In this document: piece after piece, positions 49,467-61,591 of the stretch
Layout: the number at the start of each line of letters is the position of its first letter
Position numbering within the stretch: the stretch's first letter is position 1
Assembly (NCBI GenBank): GCA_963826785.1
Contig: CAWGYD010000006.1
Span: 1-64,000, forward strand
From: an uncultured delta proteobacterium
GTDB taxonomy: Bacteria > Desulfobacterota > Desulfobacteria > Desulfobacterales > Desulfosalsimonadaceae
DNA length: 64,000 nucleotides
Direction of reading: 5' to 3'
Made by a program: the position numbers and the translations under genes
The notes under the pieces: model-generated
Told to the model about the DNA's origin: nothing
The model's database searches: none
Seen by the model: the letters and a program-made list of their open reading frames with translations, nothing else

Positions 49467-49646
49467 TGGGTTCCGAATGCTGAAGAATCATGTGCGTTTT
49501 TTACACTGCAGGATGCGTGTTTCGGGGCGCGCCCTTTCCATCCGCAAATGATTATTATTTCATGCCGGCTGGAAATTTTCAACGCCAGTTTACAGGGAAA
49601 AATCGATTTGCAAGCAGATGCTCCAGAAAAGCATTTTTCCTTCACA

Positions 49647-49985
49647 CTACTTATTCTGATCCAGTTCTTCCTGGATCCGTCTGACCGTTTCATTTTCCAG
49701 CAGCTTCATGAAATCCGGATTTTTGATCAGGGCCGGATAGTCGTTTTCATCGATTGCTTTCATGATGTCCGGATCATTGAGCGCTTTGATAAAATCCGGG
49801 TCATGCTGCAGGGCAACAATCATATCCATGATCTGCTGGTCACTCATCATGCTCTGCTGCAGGCCCTGGACTTCCTGCGGGATATTTGCGTTTGCATCAG
49901 AGTCGCTATCCGGATTTTGGGCATACGCGTGCGCTGCCAGAAAAATGGAAAAAATGCACAATATGATCATGGAATATGTTTTCAT
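49647..49985 (-). CDS. Small secreted protein with DP-repeat (STI1-like) helices
   Basis: RBS GAGGAG; signal peptide ending AHAYA; HDPDF, NDPDI and KNPDF repeats. Confidence 0.65.
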   Translation of the reverse strand: MKTYSMIILCIFSIFLAAHAYAQNPDSDSDANANIPQEVQGLQQSMMSDQQIMDMIVALQHDPDFIKALNDPDIMKAIDENDYPALIKNPDFMKLLENETVRRIQEELDQNK

Positions 49986-50370
49986 AGAAGGTCTCCTCAA
50001 TTGATGAGCAGGTCAAAGCCGCGTTAACGGCGGATCAAAAAGCCTATCTTCCCCGGTTTCAAGAAATGATGCGCGTGCGAAAAGACCGGAAGTGATGCAA
50101 AGATGACAACAGGCCTTTTCGCCGGCACCATCAGGAGATGAACTAATAAATAATCACTGGATGGTTTGATTGCCGCCAGTTTTTGTCTTCCTGGATTCCG
50201 GCTTAGAGATTGGCGGAATGACGCATTGTGTTTCGCAATCGAACTGGAGTTTTCCGGATAAATAGAAAAAAAACCAAAAAAGGATTGAAATTAAAAGGTT
50301 TTGTGATTATTTATAGCGTTGAATAAGGTTTTACCATCTGCGGGGAAACAATGAATTTAAATTCAGGTTG

Positions 50371-50670
50371 ATGATGGATAAACAGCAGGTTCTTGAAAAA
50401 TTAAAAAACGAAAGACATCAGTTGAATGAGTTCAATGTGGATGCTTTATACCTTTTCGGGTCAATCGTAAAAGGCGGGCAGAACCCCCAAAGTGATGTCG
50501 ATATTTTAGTCGAGTTTGAACCGGACGCGAAAATCGGATTTTTTACATTTGTCCGTCTGCAAAAATCACTTGAAATCATTCTGGGATGCAAAGTCGATCT
50601 GACCACCCGTGAGGCGCTAAATAAACACCTGAAAGATAAAATCCTGAAGGAATCGGTCCGTGCAGCATAG
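50371..50670 (+). CDS. MNT antitoxin
   Basis: YLFGSIVKGGQNPQSDVDILVEF. Confidence 0.88.
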   Translation: MMDKQQVLEKLKNERHQLNEFNVDALYLFGSIVKGGQNPQSDVDILVEFEPDAKIGFFTFVRLQKSLEIILGCKVDLTTREALNKHLKDKILKESVRAA

Positions 50671-51013
50671 GGACTGGAAATTTAGAACAGCAGATATCCT
50701 TGACGCGATTGCCGCTATTCAGAAATATTCCGATAACATGAATTTTCAGCAGTTTGTATCTGATCGCAAAACCGTGGATGCAGTTATCCGCAACCTGATC
50801 ATCATTGGTGAATCAGCTTCTCATATACCCGAAGAAATATACCGGGAATTTCCGGAAATTCCATGGGCGGAAATGCGCGGAATGCGTAATCTGGTGGTTC
50901 ATGAATATTTTGGCGTAAACGATAAGATCCTGTGGGATACCATTCAAATTGATCTTCCGCAACTCTTGAAAAAGCTGCAAAACCTGATAGATAGAGGACC
51001 TGCTCCGTTCTGA
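50660..51013 (+). CDS. HepT-like (DUF86) RNase toxin
   Basis: RNLVVHEY matches RX4HXY. Confidence 0.9.
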   Translation: MQHRDWKFRTADILDAIAAIQKYSDNMNFQQFVSDRKTVDAVIRNLIIIGESASHIPEEIYREFPEIPWAEMRGMRNLVVHEYFGVNDKILWDTIQIDLPQLLKKLQNLIDRGPAPF

Positions 51014-51248
51014 AATTCCCCCGCCCCCGATACAAGAGGAAAAATCGCACATCCTTTCTTTACATTCCCCTATTGTATTGATATAGCGTGCTTTCCATTT
51101 ACCTGAACTTCCATCAAATTATTTGAAGCCGGAATTTACGCAGAAATGCACGGCGTTTCGGGGTATAAAGCCGGAGGCGATCGTTTCCGATGGCCCTGTG
51201 CGGGCATGACATTAAACCTGAATTGTATAACAATAGAAATATAGAAGT

Positions 51249-52838
51249 ATGGACAAACATTTTAAAAAAGAAATCGACCGGCGCCGTACGTTTGGGATCA
51301 TCAGCCACCCGGACGCCGGGAAAACCACACTTACGGAGAAAATCCTGCTTTTCGGCGGGGCCATCCAGCAGGCGGGGTCGGTCAAGGCCCGCAAGGCCCA
51401 GCGGCACGCTACCAGCGACTGGATGGCCATCGAAAAGGAGCGGGGGATCTCCGTGACCTCGTCGGTGATGAAATTCAATTACCGGGACTATGAGATCAAC
51501 CTGCTGGACACCCCCGGCCACGAGGATTTCTCCGAAGACACCTACCGGGTGCTCACCGCCGTGGACAGCGCCCTGATGGTCATCGACTCTGCAAAAGGGG
51601 TGGAACCCCAGACCGAAAAGCTCATGGCGGTCTGCCGGATGCGAAACACGCCCATCATCACCTTCATCAACAAGCTGGACCGGGACGGGATATCCCCCAT
51701 CGACATCCTGGGCGAAATCGAAGACAAGCTGCAGGTGGAATGCACGCCCCTTTCCTGGCCCATCGGAATGGGAAAACTTTTCAGGGGGGTATACAACCTG
51801 TACCATCGGCGGCTGCACCTGTTTTCCCCGGGAGAAGCCACCCGGGACCAGGACGGCATCACCATAAATGATCTTGCCGACCCCAAGCTCGACGAACTCC
51901 TGGGCTCCCAGGCCGATGCCTTGAGGGAGGACATCGAACTGCTCGAAGGCGCGGCCGACCCCTTTTCCATGGAGCACTTTCTAAACGGCAGCCAGACCCC
52001 GGTCTTCTTCGGATCGGCCATCAACAATTTCGGGGTGCGGGAAATGCTCGATGCGTTTGTGGAAATGGCCCCCCATCCCGCGGCGCGCGCTGCAGTCGAA
52101 CGCGACGTGTCCCCCTATGAGGAGGCGTTTTCCGGGTTTGCCTTTAAGATCCAGGCCAACATGAACCCGGCCCACCGGGACCGCATCGCCTTTGTCCGGA
52201 TCTGCTCGGGGAAATTCACCCGGGGGATGAAAGTAATGCACCACCGCATCGGAAAGGAAGTGGCCCTTTCCAACGCCACCATCTTCATGGCCCAGGACCG
52301 GGAAAACGTGGAAGAAGCCTATCCCGGCGACATCATCGGCATCCACAACCACGGCACCATCAAGATCGGCGACACCTTCACGGAAAAAGAACCCCTGAAA
52401 TTCACCGGCATCCCCAACTTCGCCCCCGAGCATTTCATGCGGGTGCAGCTCAAAAACCCCATCAAGGCCAAGGCCCTCCAGAAAGGACTGGTCCAGCTGG
52501 CCGAGGAAGGGGCCGTGCAGGTGTTCAAGCCCAAGAACGCCAACGCCTACATCCTTGGCGCCGTGGGCATGCTGCAGTTCGATGTGACCATGGCCCGGCT
52601 CAGGGCGGAATACGGGGTGGATGCGGTTTATGAACCCGTAAGCTTCACCGTGGCCCGCTGGGTCGAATCCGACGACCGCAAGAAACTGGCCGAATTCGAA
52701 GCCAGGCATCCAAGCAACATGGCCGTGGACGCCGAAGGCTGCCTTTCATTTCTGACCACCAGCGAATGGCAGCTCGGCTATGCCGTGGAGCAATGGCCGG
52801 CCATCCGGTTCCACAAGACCCGGGAGTTCAACCTGTAG
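51249..52838 (+). CDS. prfC: Peptide chain release factor 3
   Basis: [35 protein letters not shown] and GIPNFAPE. Confidence 0.97.
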   Translation: MDKHFKKEIDRRRTFGIISHPDAGKTTLTEKILLFGGAIQQAGSVKARKAQRHATSDWMAIEKERGISVTSSVMKFNYRDYEINLLDTPGHEDFSEDTYRVLTAVDSALMVIDSAKGVEPQTEKLMAVCRMRNTPIITFINKLDRDGISPIDILGEIEDKLQVECTPLSWPIGMGKLFRGVYNLYHRRLHLFSPGEATRDQDGITINDLADPKLDELLGSQADALREDIELLEGAADPFSMEHFLNGSQTPVFFGSAINNFGVREMLDAFVEMAPHPAARAAVERDVSPYEEAFSGFAFKIQANMNPAHRDRIAFVRICSGKFTRGMKVMHHRIGKEVALSNATIFMAQDRENVEEAYPGDIIGIHNHGTIKIGDTFTEKEPLKFTGIPNFAPEHFMRVQLKNPIKAKALQKGLVQLAEEGAVQVFKPKNANAYILGAVGMLQFDVTMARLRAEYGVDAVYEPVSFTVARWVESDDRKKLAEFEARHPSNMAVDAEGCLSFLTTSEWQLGYAVEQWPAIRFHKTREFNL

Positions 52839-52889
52839 GGGCGTGCCCCTGTGCCCGGCCCTCCTGCCGACGAATGACGGAGCATCTTC

Positions 52890-53267
52890 CTACGACATGG
52901 TGTGGATCCCGATGCGGTTTCCTTCGCTGTCCTGAAAAATCCCGATGTATCCATATTCCCCGATACGGGTGCGGCTCAGCAGGACCCGGCCCCCCCGGGT
53001 TTCGACACGGGTAAGGGTCTTCATGATATCCGGCGTACTGAAATACACCAGGACCCCGCCGGAAGAGGGCTCATACCCTTCGCCTTTGGCCAGTGTCCCT
53101 GCGGCCCCCGGCACCCCTTCCCGCATGGGAAACCACGCCATCTGGACCTCGCCCACCATGTGCTCCTCCAGGTTCATTTCAAATACATGCTCATAAAATT
53201 TTCGGGCACGGTTGAAGTCTTTCACCGGGATTTCAAACCACCCCACTGGATTTGTCTTTTCGCTCAT
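52890..53267 (-). CDS. VOC/glyoxalase family protein
   Basis: NPVGWFEIPVKDFNRARKFYEHVF...FQDSEGNRIGI. Confidence 0.88.
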   Translation of the reverse strand: MSEKTNPVGWFEIPVKDFNRARKFYEHVFEMNLEEHMVGEVQMAWFPMREGVPGAAGTLAKGEGYEPSSGGVLVYFSTPDIMKTLTRVETRGGRVLLSRTRIGEYGYIGIFQDSEGNRIGIHTMS

Positions 53268-53524
53268 GGCCGTATCTCCTGTATACTTGCCGGGCACCGG
53301 TTTGCCAGCCATATACCTTTGACCAATCTGCCGGGCCCGGCCATATGGTGATGATAATGTTCCTGATGAACCGCCTTAAAATCCATCAGCCCCTTGCGCA
53401 TAGGATAGAACCGGATGCCCCGTTTTCAATTGGGCGCCTTCAATCAAACTTGTCAATCGGGGAATCTTCATTTAGAGTGATACCTTTAATCAATCGCTAT
53501 CGTTTAGCCTCCGCTGGCGGTCCG

Positions 53525-53625
53525 AACACCCCCCTTGGTCCCCCCTCGCAGGGGGGAATAAAAAAAGGAGTCCCCCCTTGTATGGGGAAGAAAGAACTCG
53601 GAGGGTGGAGTTAAGGGGGGGGGTG
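53525..53625. repeat. Type A palindromic element (degenerate)
   Basis: AACACCCCCCTTGGTCCCCCCTCGCAGGGGGGAATAAA ... TTAAGGGGGGGGGTG. Confidence 0.7.
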
Positions 53626-53736
53626 CTGGCGACGGCCGTTAGGATTCAAAAATTTCCTTGCTGCAAAACACCGTCCGGCGGGGGCGGAAGAGTTTATGAT
53701 TTCATCTTAACGGATGCATGGATCAAAGGGAGAAAA

Positions 53737-54933
53737 ATGGCGTCAGCCGGCAAAAAATATAAATGGATGATCGGGATGATCATCGTGGCGGGTCTTATCG
53801 GATGGGTCGTTTCCGGCCGGTTCGGTCATCAGTCGGAATCCGGGGGTCGAAACGATGCGCCTGAAGCGGTGCCCGTAAAGGTCGCTCCTGTTCGGCACGG
53901 CCCCATTGAACTGCGGCGCATGTTTTCCGGCGCCCTGGAAGCCACCGCCCAGTTCGTGGTGGCCCCCAAGGTGGGCGGCCGCGTGGAGCGCCTGGCCGTG
54001 GATCTTGCCGACCCGGTGGACCGGGGCCAGGTGGTGGCCCAGCTCGACGATGACGAGTACGTGCAGGCCGTGGCCCAGGCCCGGGCGGATCTTGCCGTGG
54101 CAAACGCCAACCTCTCGGAAGCCAAAAACGCCCTTGAGATCGCCAACCGGGAATATAACCGGCTGGAAACCCTGCGCAAGCGCGGGGTGGCCTCGGAATC
54201 CCAGCTGGATGTGGCCCGGGCGGGTCAGCTGGAGAAGCAGGCCGGGGTGGAGGTGGCCGAGGCCCAGCTGCTCAAGGCAGATGCATTTCTCGAAACCGCC
54301 AACATCCGGCTCGGGTACACCCGGGTGACCGCCGACTGGACCGGCGGCAATGAACAGCGGGTAGTGGCCGAACGGCTCATCGACGAAGGCAACATGGTAT
54401 CGGCCAACACCCCCCTGCTGGCCATCGTGGAACTCGATCCCATCACCGGCGTCATCTTCGTCACCGAGAAGGATTACGCCCGGATGGCCCCCGGACAGTC
54501 CGCCGACCTGACCACGGATGCTTTTCCCGGCGAAACCTTTACCGGCCGCATTACCCGCATTTCCCCGGTATTCCGCCAGGCCACCCGGCAGGCGCGGGTG
54601 GAGCTTTCCATCGACAACCCGAACCGCCGGCTCAAGCCGGGCATGTTCATCCGGGCCACGGTGGTGCTCGACCGGGTGGATGATGCCCTGATCATACCGG
54701 AGCAGGCGCTGACCCGGAGGGGGGATCGCGAAGGGGTGTTTGTGGTGCCGGACGACGGACAAACCGCCAAATGGCGCGAGGTGGAGCTGGGCATCCGGGA
54801 GGACGGCCAGGTGCAGGTCAAGGGAAATGCGCTTTCCGGCCGGGTGGTGGTGCTGGGCCAGCAGCTCCTGGACGACGGATCGACGGTCACCATTCCCCGG
54901 GAAAACCCGGCCGCCGAGGGTTTTGCACAATGA
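53737..54933 (+). CDS. RND efflux periplasmic adaptor subunit
   Basis: N-terminal TM, lipoyl-like motif (VGGRVERL...VDRGQVVAQLD), coiled coil and LKPGMF. Confidence 0.92.
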   Translation: MASAGKKYKWMIGMIIVAGLIGWVVSGRFGHQSESGGRNDAPEAVPVKVAPVRHGPIELRRMFSGALEATAQFVVAPKVGGRVERLAVDLADPVDRGQVVAQLDDDEYVQAVAQARADLAVANANLSEAKNALEIANREYNRLETLRKRGVASESQLDVARAGQLEKQAGVEVAEAQLLKADAFLETANIRLGYTRVTADWTGGNEQRVVAERLIDEGNMVSANTPLLAIVELDPITGVIFVTEKDYARMAPGQSADLTTDAFPGETFTGRITRISPVFRQATRQARVELSIDNPNRRLKPGMFIRATVVLDRVDDALIIPEQALTRRGDREGVFVVPDDGQTAKWREVELGIREDGQVQVKGNALSGRVVVLGQQLLDDGSTVTIPRENPAAEGFAQ

Positions 54934-57900
54934 ACCTCCCGCGCTTCAGCGTTCAGCGGCCCATCTTCACCACAATGGTCACACTGATCGTGGTCATCAT
55001 CGGAGCGGTTTCTTTAAGCCGCCTGCGGATCGATCTTCTGCCCGATATCGAAATGCCCACCGTCTCCGTCTCCACCGAGTACGAGGGGGCAAGCCCGGAG
55101 GTGATGGAGCGGCTGGTCACCCGGATTATCGAAGAAATCGTGGCCACCGTTCCCGGGGTGGAAGAGATCACCTCCCAGTCGTCCGAGGGGAGCAGCACCA
55201 TCCGGGTCAGCTTCGTCTGGGGAACCGACATCAACACCGCCGCCCTGGATGTCCAGTCCAAGATCGAAGACGAAATCAACGAACTGCCCGAAGATGTGGT
55301 CCGCCCCGGTATCCGGAAATTCGACATCTCCGGCTTCCCCGTGGTGATCCTGGGGGTATCGAGCAATCTCGACCCCGTGGAGATGACCGAACTGGTGGAA
55401 AACCAGATCCGCTACCGCTTCGGCCGCATCCCCGGGGTGGCCCAGGTGGACGTGTGGGGGGGGTTCAACCGGGAGGTCCGCATCGAACTGGACCCCGACC
55501 GGATCAAAGCCCTGGGCCTTCCGTTAAACCTCGTGATCGCATCCCTCGAGAACGCCAATGTCGACCTTCCCGCGGGCAAGATCGAGCAGGGCCGCTTCGA
55601 GGTGACCCTTCGGGCCCCGGCAGAATTCAACAACCTGGACCAGATCCGCAACACGGTACTTGTCACCCGAAACGGGGCCGCGGTCACTTTGGGACAGATC
55701 GCCGACGTCACCGACACCTATGAGAAGATCACGCGGGTTGTCCGGGTCAACGGCGAACGCGGCATCCGGGTGGGCATCCGCAAGCAGGCCGATGCCAACA
55801 CCGTTGAAGTCTCCAATGCCATATTAAAGGAAATCGATGCCGTGAACCGGGCCTTTCCCCAGGTTCACATCGTGCCGGTGATCAACCAGGGAAACTTCAT
55901 CGAGCGCTCCATCGACAACGTGGCCAACTCGGTGATGTACGGCGGCGGGCTGGCCATCCTGGTGCTGCTGTTTTTCCTGCGCAACATCCGCAGCACCGTG
56001 GTGATCTCCCTGGCCATTCCCATATCGATTATCGCCACCTTTGCCCTGATCTATTTCGGGGGATTCACCTTGAACCTGATGACCCTGGGCGGCCTGGCTT
56101 TAGGGGTGGGCATGATGGTGGATACCTCCATCGTGGTGCTGGAAAATATCTACCGGCGCCGGGACGAGGAGCATGAATCCGCCGAAACCGCATCCGTGGA
56201 AGGCACCCGGGAGGTCAGCGCCGCCATTGTGGCCAGCACACTGACCACCCTGGTTATTTTTCTGCCCCTGGTATTCGTGCGCGGGGTGTCGGGCATCCTG
56301 TTCAAGGAACTGGCTTATGTCATCATCTTCTCCCTGATCTGCTCCCTGCTGGTGTCGCTGAGCCTGGTGCCCATGCTGGCCTCGAGGCTGCTGCGGGCGC
56401 CCGGATCGGCAAAGTCCGGGGGGTTCGGAAAGTTCGCCGCCGCATCGGAGCGCTTTTTCACCGGTTTGACCACCGCATACCGCAACCTGCTCTCAAAGGT
56501 GCTGGCCCACCGGCTGATGACCGTGGCTGCGGCCGCGGCGATTCTTGGCGCCAGCCTGCTGCTGCTCCCCCTGATCGGCACGGAATTTCTCCCTCCCAGC
56601 GACGAGGGGGAGGTTCGGGTGACCGGAGAAATGGAGATCGGAACCCGCCTTGCACTGGTGGATCAGCAGACCCGGAAGATGGAATCCATCGTCATGCCCG
56701 CAGTCCCCGAAGCCATTTCATCTGTGGTGAGCGTGGGCGCCTCCGGCCGCCACGCCGCTGAATCCGCCCAGGGCGAGATCCGGCTGTCGCTCACCCCGTC
56801 GGCCCAGCGCAAGCGCTCCAACGTGGAGATCGCGGCAGACCTGCAGGCAGCGCCTGGCCGGCAAAATCCCCGGGATGGAAATCCGCACCCGGGCGCCCCA
56901 GGGCCAGTTTATCCTGGACCGGATTTTAGGCGGGGACGAGGGGGTGACCATCGACATCCGGGGATTTGAACTCGATACCCTGGATGAACTGGCCCGGCAG
57001 GCCGCCGGGGCCATAAAAGACGTGGAAGGGATCACCGACATCGATATTTCCAAGGAAGCCGGCATTCCCCAGCAGGAAATCCAGGTGGACCGGAACAAGA
57101 TCGCCGATTTCGGGCTTTCCGTGCGCGATGTCACCGAGGTGATCGAAACGGCGGTGGCCGGATCAAATGCCGGCGAATACCGGACTGAAGGAAACTCCTA
57201 CCGCATGCTGGTGCAGCTCAAGGATGCACAAAAGCGGTCCCTGGATGAAATCCTGGACCTTACCCTGGCCACGACATCGGGAGACCAGGTGTCCCTGCGC
57301 AACGTGGTCTCCACCGAGTCCGGACGGGGCCCCATCGTCATCGACCGCAAGGGGCAGCAGCGCCTGGTCACGGTTACCGCAAACGTGGCCGGACGGGACC
57401 TGGGATCGGTGGCCGCCGACGTGCAGACCCGGCTGGACAAAATCCCCCGGCCGGTGGGATATGACCTGACGGTGGCGGGCAATTTCGAGGAGCAGCAAAA
57501 GGCCTTCGGGGAACTGATCGTCTCCCTGCTGCTGGCCCTGGTCCTGGTTTACATGGTGCTGGCCTGCCAGTACGAATCCCTGATCAATCCACTGGTGGTC
57601 ATGCTCAGTGTTCCGGTGGCGGCCGTGGGCGTGCTGGTCACCCTGTTTCTGACCCACACCACCCTGAATATCCAGTCCTACATCGGCTGCATCATGCTGG
57701 GCGGCATCGTGGTCAACAATGCCATCCTGCTGGTGGACCAGGCCGGGCAGCTGGGCCGGACGGGGATGGGGGTGCGCGAAGCCGTGGCCGAAGCCGGCCG
57801 GCGGCGCCTGCGGCCCATCCTGATGACCACCCTGACCACCATCCTGGGGCTGATGCCCCTGGCGCTGGGCATCGGCGAAGGGGCCGAAGCCCAGGCGCCC

Positions 57901-58005
57901 CTGGCCCGCGCCGTGGTGGGCGGGCTCACCGGATCGACCTTGATCACCCTGGTGCTCATCCCGGCGGTCTATTCCCTGTTCCACAGGGAGAAGGCCGTCG
58001 GATAG
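54930..58005 (+). CDS. RND efflux permease (AcrB/MdtB-like), frameshift near 56845
   Basis: [34 protein letters not shown] and RLRPILMTT. Confidence 0.92.
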
Positions 58006-58048
58006 AAATTTCTACATCGTGAATATGACGTACACGGAAATTTGATCA

Positions 58049-58083
58049 AGTCCCCCCCGCCCTCTTTGCGAAAGGGGGGAGAA
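58049..58083. repeat. REP-like type B single arm
   Basis: AGTCCCCCCCGCCCTCTTTGCGAAAGGGGGGAGA. Confidence 0.7.
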
Positions 58084-58180
58084 AGTGCACCCAAACGCAA
58101 TGCTGGAGTCATATAGATACGCACAAAAAATGTATCATGGGACATCGGGACATTGGGCAAGAAAAGGAAACCGAAGAAGT

Positions 58181-59809
58181 ATGCTCCAGAAAAATTTTTT
58201 AAATTTGAGGTCTCTTTCAGCCCTCCTGCTGATCCTGTTCATATCCGCCTGCGCCCCCGACCGATGGGCGATTTTCTCCTATGATCAAAACCGGTATGCG
58301 CCGGAGAAAATGGATTCGCCCGTCGACATCCCGGATACGGTCAAACCCGAATTCGCCGAAAAACCCATAGAGGCAGGCTCCCGTGCCTGCCCTGTCAACG
58401 GCACCCTGGACCTCTCCATCGAACAGGCGGCCATGCTGGCCCTGGGCCAGAATCGGGATCTTCGGGTCCGGCAGCTCAACCCGGTGATCACCGGCACCTT
58501 CGAGCAGATCGAGCGGGGGGTGTTCGACCCGGAGCTGTTTGCGGATTTTGAATACTTCGATGAACGGGCCACGGAAACCTCCCGGGCCACCGGCGAACAA
58601 TTTTCAGTGGAAGGAAGCGATACCATTTCCGAGGCCGGAGTCCGTCAGGACCTGCCCACCGGCACCACCCTGGAGGCATCCGTCGCCCAGCAGCGCAGCG
58701 CCTCCAACCGCACCCCCGAGGAGCAGACCGCCCGGGTGGGTTTGAGCATCACCCAGTCGCTGCTGCAGGGGTTCGGGCCCGCAGTCAACCTGGTGGATGT
58801 TCGACAGGCCGAACTGGAAACCGAAATCAGTTTTTATGAACTGCGGGGGTTTGTGGAAGCCCTGTTGGCCGAAACCGAAACCGCTTACTGGAATTTCGTG
58901 CTGGCCAAGAAGGAAATCGCCATTTTCGACCAGTCCCTGGCCATTGCCGAACAGCAGCTCAATGAGGTGGAGCAGCAGATCTCGGTGGGGCTGCTGCCGG
59001 AAGTGGAGGCCGCCGCGGCCCGGGCCGAAGTGGCCCGGCGGAACCAGGCACTGATCGAGGCCCGCAGCCTGCTGGAGGAGCGGCGCTTGAGGCTCCTGCG
59101 GCTGATCAATCCAGCAGAGGACGGATTTTCCCTCCACGTGAATGCCGTCAGCGAACCGCTTATCGATCCGGAGCCGATCACGGACCTGGCCGACCGCATC
59201 GAGCTGGCGCTGCACTCCCGGCCGGACCTGAACGAGGCCCGCCTGCGCCTGCGGCAGAACCGCCTGGAAACCATTCTCACCCGAAACGGGATGCTGCCCC
59301 GCCTGGACTTGTTTGCCGCCCTGGGACAAACCGGGTATGCAGACAGCTTTTCCCGTTCATTTAAAGAACTCGACGGCAACACCTATGATTTTTCAGCAGG
59401 TTTCCGCTTTTCCCATTACCTGGGCAACCGGGCCGCTAACGCCGCCGACCTGCAAGCCCGGGCAAGCCGGCTCCAGGCAGCCGAATCGGTGGAGAACCTG
59501 GCCCAGATCATTCGCCTGGATGTCCGGCTGGCCGCCAACGAAGTGGAGCGCACCCGGCAGCAGATCGGAGCCAGCCGGGCCACCCGCATCCTCCAGGAGC
59601 AGTCCCTGGCCGCGGAAAAGGAGCGCTTCAAGGTCGGCACCTCCACCTCCCTGCTCATCGCCCAGGCCCAGCGAGACCTCCTGGCCGCCAGCATCGTCGA
59701 AGTCACCTCCATCGTCAACTACCGCATCGCCTTAGTCCAGCTCTACCTGGCTGAAGGGACATTGCTGGAACGCCGGGGGGTGAAGATGGCCGAAATCGGC
59801 AGATTGTAA
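58181..59809 (+). CDS. TolC-family outer membrane efflux lipoprotein
   Basis: Lipobox ISAC; ITQSLLQGFG, TAYWNFV, RPDL and ERFKVGTST. Confidence 0.88.
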   Translation: MLQKNFLNLRSLSALLLILFISACAPDRWAIFSYDQNRYAPEKMDSPVDIPDTVKPEFAEKPIEAGSRACPVNGTLDLSIEQAAMLALGQNRDLRVRQLNPVITGTFEQIERGVFDPELFADFEYFDERATETSRATGEQFSVEGSDTISEAGVRQDLPTGTTLEASVAQQRSASNRTPEEQTARVGLSITQSLLQGFGPAVNLVDVRQAELETEISFYELRGFVEALLAETETAYWNFVLAKKEIAIFDQSLAIAEQQLNEVEQQISVGLLPEVEAAAARAEVARRNQALIEARSLLEERRLRLLRLINPAEDGFSLHVNAVSEPLIDPEPITDLADRIELALHSRPDLNEARLRLRQNRLETILTRNGMLPRLDLFAALGQTGYADSFSRSFKELDGNTYDFSAGFRFSHYLGNRAANAADLQARASRLQAAESVENLAQIIRLDVRLAANEVERTRQQIGASRATRILQEQSLAAEKERFKVGTSTSLLIAQAQRDLLAASIVEVTSIVNYRIALVQLYLAEGTLLERRGVKMAEIGRL

Positions 59810-59866
59810 ATAGAAAATTCGACGCCGCCGCCCCCGGGCATCAGTCCCCTTTGCCCGCTTCAGTGT

Positions 59867-61355
59867 CTAACGCGGTTACCCTGGGCAACCATGAGTTCGA
59901 CTGGGGGCCCCAGGGGCTGGCGATGCTGCTTGGCAACGGGCTGGCTAACGGATTTTCGGTGCCCATTGTGGCATCAAATATGGCCTCAAACGGTTCGGCC
60001 CTTGATTTGCTTCCGCCGGGCACAATTATCAACAAAAAAATATCCATTTTGCCCAACGGCTTTAAAATCGGACTCCTCGGCCTGACGGGGCCGGATTCGG
60101 ATGAAAAGGCACCCGTGGCCTCACCGGTGACCTTTAATCATGACTACGTTTTTATCCAGAACTGCGTAAATGATCTGCGGAACAATGACGAGGTCGACCT
60201 GGTGGTGGTGCTGTCCCACGGCGGAGTGGAAAACGACGGGTCCGGAGACGACGCCGACCTCGCTGAAAATGTCAGCGGCATCGATATCATCGCATCGGGT
60301 CATTTTCATACGGCAACGGAGGGAGCCGTGGTTTCGGGCGCTTCGAATTCCATCATCTTTTCCCCCGGTGAATACGGTGAATTTTTGAGCCGGCTGGATG
60401 TCACCTACAGCCCGGATCTGGACCGGGTGGTTGGATTCAATTTGAACCTGCTGGCTGTGGATGATACCGTGCCTGGAAATGAGGATGTCCAGGAAGTGGT
60501 GAACGAATATAACTCAAAGATCAACCTGGCACTCGCCAGTGGAGACCTTCCCCAACTGGCCGACACCGTCTCCAATACCGGTTTTGATCTCACGCTTTCC
60601 CCCTTCCAGGTGACCGGACTGGGCAGCCTCTGCGCGGACGCGGTGCGAAACGTGTCCAATGCCGTGGCAGAATTTGACTTTTAGGGACCCCCATTGACAT
60701 CGGCATCGTACCCAGCGGCGTGATCCGGGATCCGATCCTTGCCGGAAACACGGGGGTTATATCTTTTATGGATACTTACAACTGCCTGCCCTTAGGGATA
60801 TCGCCCTATCAAAACCCGAACGACCCTCCCGGCTACCCTCTGATGCATGCCTATCTAAATGGTATGGAAGTCTACACCATGTGCGAGGTCGGGATGACGC
60901 TTTCCCGGATGATCGGGTCGGATTATTACCTGAATTTTTCGGGACTCAAAATCGACTATGATCCATCCCAGGCAATGGACTTCCACGGGGTGCAGGCGGT
61001 ATACCTCTATTCACCTGCGGACCCGTTCTGCACGGGAACACCGACCGTGATCAACCCCTATGATCCGGACAATCTCTATCATATCGCTGTCGACCTCTAC
61101 GCCCTGCAAATGTTAAATGTAGTCACAGGTTATGGATTTCCCCTTGTTCCCAAAAAAGCCGATGGAACACCCCTTACCTCGGCCGACTACATCAACTACC
61201 GCATCGATGCGACACCCGACGCCGGTGTGATGGAACTCAAGGAATGGCTGGCCCTGCTCGAATATCTTCCAACTTTCGGGGGTGCCGTTCCTTCTGAGGT
61301 TTATGGTCCGGGCGGAGCAGTTATGGGCCGCGTAAATTACACAACTGCACCTTAA
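59867..61355 (+). pseudogene. 5'-truncated 5'-nucleotidase/metallophosphatase, indel near 60680
   Basis: Starts at AVTLGNHEFDWG; has LSHGG, SGHFH and the C-terminal domain (SGVIRD), but lacks the N-terminal DxH and GD motifs. Confidence 0.75.
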
Positions 61356-61378
61356 GTTTTAACTTCCAAGCATCCCTC

Positions 61379-61591
61379 TTGGTAATGATTAACGTTTGGA
61401 ACCGGCAAGAGATCCCTCCGCTTGCGGCCAAGCGCATTTTTCAGCGCAACTTCAGCACCAAGGCCGAGTACGGCCGGGGGATCGGCACCTATTCCATGAA
61501 AATCATCGGCGAGCAGATCCTGTCCGGAAATGTTTCCTTTTGCAGTTCGGCTGCGGAGGGGACGACGTTTTTTCTCAGCCTCCCGCTTTGA
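61379..61591 (+). pseudogene. C-terminal HATPase_c remnant of a histidine kinase
   Basis: RIFQRNFSTKAEYGRGIGTYSMK...GTTFFLSLP. Confidence 0.75.

Noticed and set aside
60682..60684. Pyrrolysine or readthrough at TAG
   Set aside because: The continuation is out of frame; a simple indel explains it.
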